64,000 nt of DNA from assembly GCF_009914755.1 (NCBI RefSeq), contig NC_060928.1, one strand, 5' to 3'. Source of the stretch: the human T2T-CHM13v2.0 reference genome, Homo sapiens. This document shows, piece by piece, positions 58,355 through 64,000 of this stretch. Positions within the stretch are counted from its first letter, which is position 1. Every line of letters starts with the position of its first letter. Under the pieces are notes generated by a model. The model was not told where the DNA came from. It ran no database searches and saw only the letters and a list, made by a program, of their open reading frames with translations. Position numbers and translations under genes: made by a program.

Positions 58355-60809
58355 TAAGAGGGATGTTTACATTAGACACATAAACCAGAGATTGACATTT
58401 TAAATGTAGTTGAATAGCATTTGTAGACTGCTCAAAGTGCCAACATTATATAACAACAAGTAGTGCAGGACAGAACAATGTTAAATGCTGAAGTGTGATA
58501 TTATAAGGTAGATTAATAAGCACTAGGATGATAATAAACCAATTAGGATTTGAAAAAAGCTTTAATGCATATATGCGGGGGGGACATCACATCACACATT
58601 TTCTTTACTTCTGCTCACTTTACTAGTCCCTCAGTTGCTCGTAAAAACTTCACCGGGATTTTATTTATTTGTGTTGTTGAGTGGGTTGAGTAGTACCTAT
58701 TGTTGGCAGGAAAGCAAGTTCTGTGAAAGTTCTCTGTCATAGGTGTAATGCTCACACATTCTTATGTAGGTGTTTTGCAAGGGGGTGGTGACGCAAAAAG
58801 TCACATAGTCACGTTTATGGTATCCTGGGAAATATGTGGGAGAGAGATAACTAGAAACTGTCAACCATAGTCTTATATGTCCAGATTCAAATTTTTTATT
58901 TGACAGCAGGTACTGGAAAATATATTTTAAAACAAAATTCAAGATTGCTCATTAATTAGATTTTAAGAAAAATAACACTTTCTCAGTGCTTTTTCTGCCT
59001 CAAGAAAGTCTTGTTTGTCAGACTGATATAATTTTATTAGCATAATTCTTCAAATTTTGGTAACAGCACTGTCAGAAAAACAACAGCTTCCATTTTCCCA
59101 TGGTTTGGTTCCCAGGGTTTTTGGACATGGGAAATTTCTGTTAGTGTTTCTTTCTGTAGCCCTCATGTTTATATGTTCCTTTTTTACATTTACTATATCT
59201 GATGGCATTCCTGCCATACCCATAGTGTTAGGGTCATGTGTTTCCAAGCATTCCATATTTGTTGAAAATATGCAGAAGATTGAAACTTGCCCTTTGGTAG
59301 TGGCTCTTTATATAGGTACACGTCTCCTACTTGTTGCCTGTAGTACATTATAGGATAATCACCAAAGTAAATTTCTTTTGAATCAGCATAAATTGTTCTA
59401 TTTAGTAAACATCTGACTATTAAAATGGTGTTACCTGTCCATATTATAAATCATTTCTATTGCTGATGCCTATTTTCTTAGTTTGGCAACTGCTGGCTTA
59501 TTTCCAAGGAAAAGCAAATAGAGGTTATTGTGTACATTTTGAGTATTTCCTGCAATTTAGAAGGATAAATTTCATATATAGACAATTCTAAGACATTGGA
59601 GTCACTGTTGCGATTAAACATCGTGCCTTTTTATGGAAAAGCTTAGGGCATGTAGGAGCTATATTGAATGATCATATTCAAGAGAAATCTTAGATGGTTA
59701 GACTTATTTAAAATGATATCTGCCATAATGGGTTATAATTTTTAAAAATGAAAGCTCTATTGGTTTGTTTGTGATAGAAGTGCTCTCAAGAGGTAATAGC
59801 TAAGGGGAAGGCTTAGTGTAGCAGGTATATCCAACTCCTTATAAATCCTAAATAACATACTTGTTTGTGGATAAGTTTTCCATTTAGTGCACATTTGAGT
59901 TCCTTGTCTAAGTGTTCTGCTGTCTTGAGATATTAATATTTTATTTTCAGTGTAATTTTATAAAGACACAGTACTACTTTTTCTCTTATTGTTAAAATGA
60001 TTAGGAACAAATGCTGGAACATTGTATGTGGAGGCTAAGCATTTTGGGTAATTTTAGTTATAAATTTTATTTGAGAACAATAAATTAATGACATGTTTAA
60101 AGGCACGCAAGTATTACTGTGAGAAAATTTACTCGAAATTATAGTTACTAATTATGTTCATGTATATTATTTTAAATGCAAATCAAAACATAGAATCTTC
60201 TCTTTTCTATAATTAATCATTATTTTGATGTTCTGTTCTGTTTAGATATTATTTTGTGCATATGTACTTGGATGTATATCACACCTAGAGATAAAGCCTG
60301 GATCTCACTTTCCAACACCGGGGACATCTTTGTTTCCTCATGGTCTTGGTTCCCTCCTCTGCCTTCTATACCGGTACTCTTCTTTGTTTCCCTGTTCTCT
60401 TTTTTTCTTTTATTCCTGTCCTTCTCTGGCCTCCAGCTCAAGGCTTCTTCACCAACATCGCTTTATTGCTTCTTATCCTTTGGCCTTTTGGTACAGTGGC
60501 AACACCTAACTGTCCTGAGAAGTGACAAGAGGCCACCATTCTTTAGGAATCGATTTTGGGAAACTCATAATTGGATAGTAGTAAGCAGGGAAGGAGGATG
60601 CAGTGAATTACGTTCTGAATGTGTGGCATATTCATCTCTGTTGCTGAGTGAGGGGAAAGTTAGGCTTAGAGAAGCAGAAGGAAGTTTAAGGAAGGAAGTG
60701 AAAAGCCAGAAGGAGGTCTGACCGGTCAGTTTGAAACGCTGTCTTCTCTGCCCTGTATGACCTTGAAGTAGGCTTCCTGCCTATGTGAATTTGTGACATT
60801 GTGTAAGAA

Positions 60810-61035
60810 TAAACAATAATATTGAGCATTTCCGGTGCATTTTGTGGTATGTGCTGTCCTGGTGTTTTATTTAACCTGCCCAGCAGCTCTGTGAGGCAGG
60901 TGGAATTATAGTCCTCATTTTCAAAGAGTGGAAGCTGGGACTTAGAGAGGTCAAGTAAATTCGGGTCACACAACCAGCAAATGGCAGAACATGAATATAA
61001 ACTCATATTTGCCTGACTTCAAAGCCTGTGCTCAG
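60810..61035 (-). mobile_element. MIR
   Basis: ATTGAGCATTT...ATTTAACCTGCCCAGCAGCTCTGTGAGGCAGG...AGAGAGGTCAAGTAAATTCGGGTCACACA...GCCTGACTTCAAAGCCTGTGCTC. Confidence 0.78.
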
Positions 61036-61229
61036 TATTGTAGTCTTATTGTTGTATGGACATAGACAAGTTATTTAATCACGTTGAAGCTCTGTTTTCC
61101 CATCTGTAAAACAGACAACTACCTTACAAAACAGAGGAATGATGAAGCATCCTCCAAAGTCCCCGATTTACTGTTCATGCTTGGTAGATTATAGTACTAA
61201 TTACTTTTTCTGGGTTGTTTCTTTCTTAG

Positions 61230-61309
61230 GACAGTAAAACACTATATGAGAGGAGCTACCTTCCTAAAATGACTGAAAAAAAATTTATCTTTGGGTCTTT
61301 CCTAGTAAA
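61230..61309 (+). other. Candidate 80-nt cassette exon of the presumed host gene
   Basis: Branch-like TACTAAT at 61195-61201, AG-free pyrimidine-rich tract to TTTCTTAG|, donor AAA|GTAAGA; no transcript evidence available. Confidence 0.3.
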
Positions 61310-63827
61310 GTAAGATGGGCAAGCTCAAGGATCTGATTCCATTTTCTTTTACATTCTCTCCCAAATTCCCACAGTCTTTCCTATCTGCTTGCTGAAGACT
61401 GGACTTCCTTTTCAAGAGAAGACTTCTTGTCATCCATGATTACAGATAAAAGGGTTAAAATGCAGCTGTTCCTAGGGATGAGTTTTAATCTAAGTACAGA
61501 TAACTGATATTAGATCCTTTCGTACTGAAGTTAATGGGGAGGCTTGGTAAAGATAACACTCTCTTCAGGAGCATACAGTTTTCTGGTTTTCCTTCATTTC
61601 AGCATCAGTGAACAGACCTGAACTCAGAGGCAGTTCCAACATGTACAGCCATGTGTGCTTGCAACTGAGGTGAGACCACAAAGTAATGTTTTTGAAGAAG
61701 CACTCAGCTACAATTAAAGTCTGTGGAAAATTGGATAGCAGTACTGAAAAATGCATTTAAAGATCAAAAAGGAAGCATTTGCTTGTGATTAGTTTGATTT
61801 ATGCTGAGCTCGACCCAGGAGCCTCCCACAACTGCTTCCTTCCTACACTGTGCTTTTATGAAATACATACACACTTATGGCTGCCGTGTACAAGATATAC
61901 TGATGACAGATAGTAAACTACTGTTTTAAACAAATGCAAGCTATTCAGACCTGAAAAACAGTGAAACAAACAAATCAAAAAAAGAGCTATGCAAATGATG
62001 AATGACTTTGTAGTCTTTCCTTGGCTGCTTAGATTCATAATGCTACATCCTACCCAATTAAGAGAAAAGTAACGTTTATCTTTCTAATGAGTGAACAGAT
62101 TGAGGAAGTGGTTCTGGAGATAAATGAAGCTCATAGGAGTATTTAGTTAAGTGCTCCTTTTTACAAGTCCTAAATTTGTTTTTCTGTGTATTGGGCATTT
62201 CCCACTATGTATAGCATTGGTTCAAGCTGATCATGCCCTTAAGTTTACATCTTATGGGTAGGAAGCCTGGGTAGAGAATAATGAAAATGGTTAGAGATTC
62301 CAAAAAGACATCAGTGTGGAAAACTCAAGATGATTAATATTACCAGGCTGAAAAACTGTAAACAAAAAGGAGTTTGTATGGCATTTTAAATATATGAAAG
62401 ATTGTTCAGATGTTGATGGGCATTTGTTTCCATTTGTGCTAATTGATTGAGAAAGAATTAAGATTCAGTACAGTTAAGTTCTTCCTAATAATTGTTATAC
62501 AAAGTTGCCAAGGGAAGTTGTGAAAGTTTTAGAAAACCTACAATATTCAAGGCTCTTGGAGAAGAGCAAATTATAAAACATGATCCCTGACCTTATGGAG
62601 CTTGTTTTGAAGCTGGAAACAGATTGGTGACAAATTATAGATGGCTTGTATTTTCTCTACATTGTAGGAAGCAGAAGACATTTGCAATTTTTCTACTCTC
62701 ATTTTATAAATAGGGAGTTGATATGATTAGAACTTTCCAGTGCGAGAGGTAATGGGGCCACCATTCGGGAATGTTAAGATGGAAGAAAAGGAGACAAATA
62801 TGGAGAATGTGAAGGTAGGAAAGGTCTGTAGAAAACTCTAGTGGAAGGCAAGTAGGCTATAGGCAAGAGCAATGTGAAAGATGATCAAGACTTGGACTGT
62901 CATAGGAGAGGAATGGAAGGATGGACAGATCACATTTACATTGTTACATTTAGTAATTTTCCTAGATGTGGTACTTAAGGAAGAGGCAGAATCCATGTGG
63001 CTATAGGATTCCTGTGCTCCATGATCTGAAAATAAGGGTGACAGAATAAATGTGGTCCTAGAAAGAAAGGTAATTCTAAGAAATTGATTTTGAACGTCTT
63101 GAGATGATAGCCTCTCAAGAGATCTAGTATGTAAAGGGAGCAGAATAAGAAAAGTTATCTGGTTATGACATTGTCTTTGATTCCATTATTTTCTTTCTAC
63201 GATGTTCATTACCTTTATATTACTACTGAACTAGGAGTATTTAAGTTGCTTCTGTTGGGTACACTTAGAACAAATGCCCATAGATTTCAGTGTTTCTGTT
63301 TTCAGACTACTTTATGTGAGGATGGTGAGGTAATTTAACTGCATTCTATTTCTAGTTAATTTTTTGTTTAATGCCTGCCCTTCTTTGCTAAAATAAAATC
63401 TAGGATGACTTATGTTTACTTTCTCTCATTACAAAGATGTCAAATTTTATTTCATTTGCTGATTTTAGTAGGGAATAGATGTCCCTTTGTCTCACAGAAG
63501 TCTTCCAGATTTGACTTTTATTTTAGGATTAAACATGTAACTTTGTATAGGTGGCAGTTCACAGATAAACTTTTAAAACTGGCAGGGACCTTAGAAGGCC
63601 TCTGAGATCGTCTAGTGCAGGCCCTGCATTTCTCAGATCAGTAATCTGAGGTCAAGGGAATAATAATACAGTAATAGCTAACATTTATTCAACTATATTA
63701 TCTATGTGTAATCGTGATAACCTGATAGCATAAGTGGAACGACCTTCCCGAAGTCCCAGAGAAAGTGGCGTATAGCTCACTCGCTTTCAGAACTGTTTTC
63801 TTTAAATGTTTTCTAAAATCATTAGGT

Positions 63828-64000
<173 letters not shown>

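Noticed and set aside
60254-60721. 155-aa ORF with a hydrophobic stretch
   Set aside because: Non-ATG start; the F/L/S-rich segment simply reflects a CT-rich tract; no homology recognised.
63700-63800. Short CpG-rich patch that looks foreign
   Set aside because: Aligns by eye to the MIR core (GACTTGCCCAAGGTCACACAG...AAGTGGC) and follows a MIR-type AATAGCTAACATTTATT start.

Overview
Primate (human-like) AT-rich, CpG-poor genomic DNA with no recognisable protein-coding exon, RNA gene, CpG island or CRISPR array. It most likely lies inside a long intron of a gene transcribed on the + strand. This is inferred from a visible T>A and G>C excess on + and from most Alus and the large L1s lying on -; I cannot name the host gene. 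The window is dominated by transposon fossils: 35 Alu copies or fragments by my count (27 on -, 8 on +), a 5'-truncated 3.6 kb L1MA with ORF2 remnants, other L1/L2/MIR fragments, LTRs (THE1, MLT2A, MLT2B, MER21, MaLR LTR plus internal sequence) and DNA-transposon MITEs (two Tigger2-derived, MER1B nested in MER2, MER5-type, half MADE1). Many ORFs in the supplied track are Alu, L1 or LTR read-through, and I recognise none of the rest. The most interesting unexplained structure is a ~550 bp non-Alu, non-L1 insert at 37049-37596 with an ATTAAA signal, poly(A) tail and target-site duplication, which looks like an L1-mobilised retrocopy or orphan 3' transduction. Other items worth checking are a palindromic 27-bp minisatellite, a perfect 20-bp double M-box palindrome, several candidate cryptic exons and an antisense MLT2A LTR with DUX4-like motifs. 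I do not see evidence for a new biological system. Repeat subfamily names come from recalled consensus sequences and should be confirmed with RepeatMasker/Dfam.
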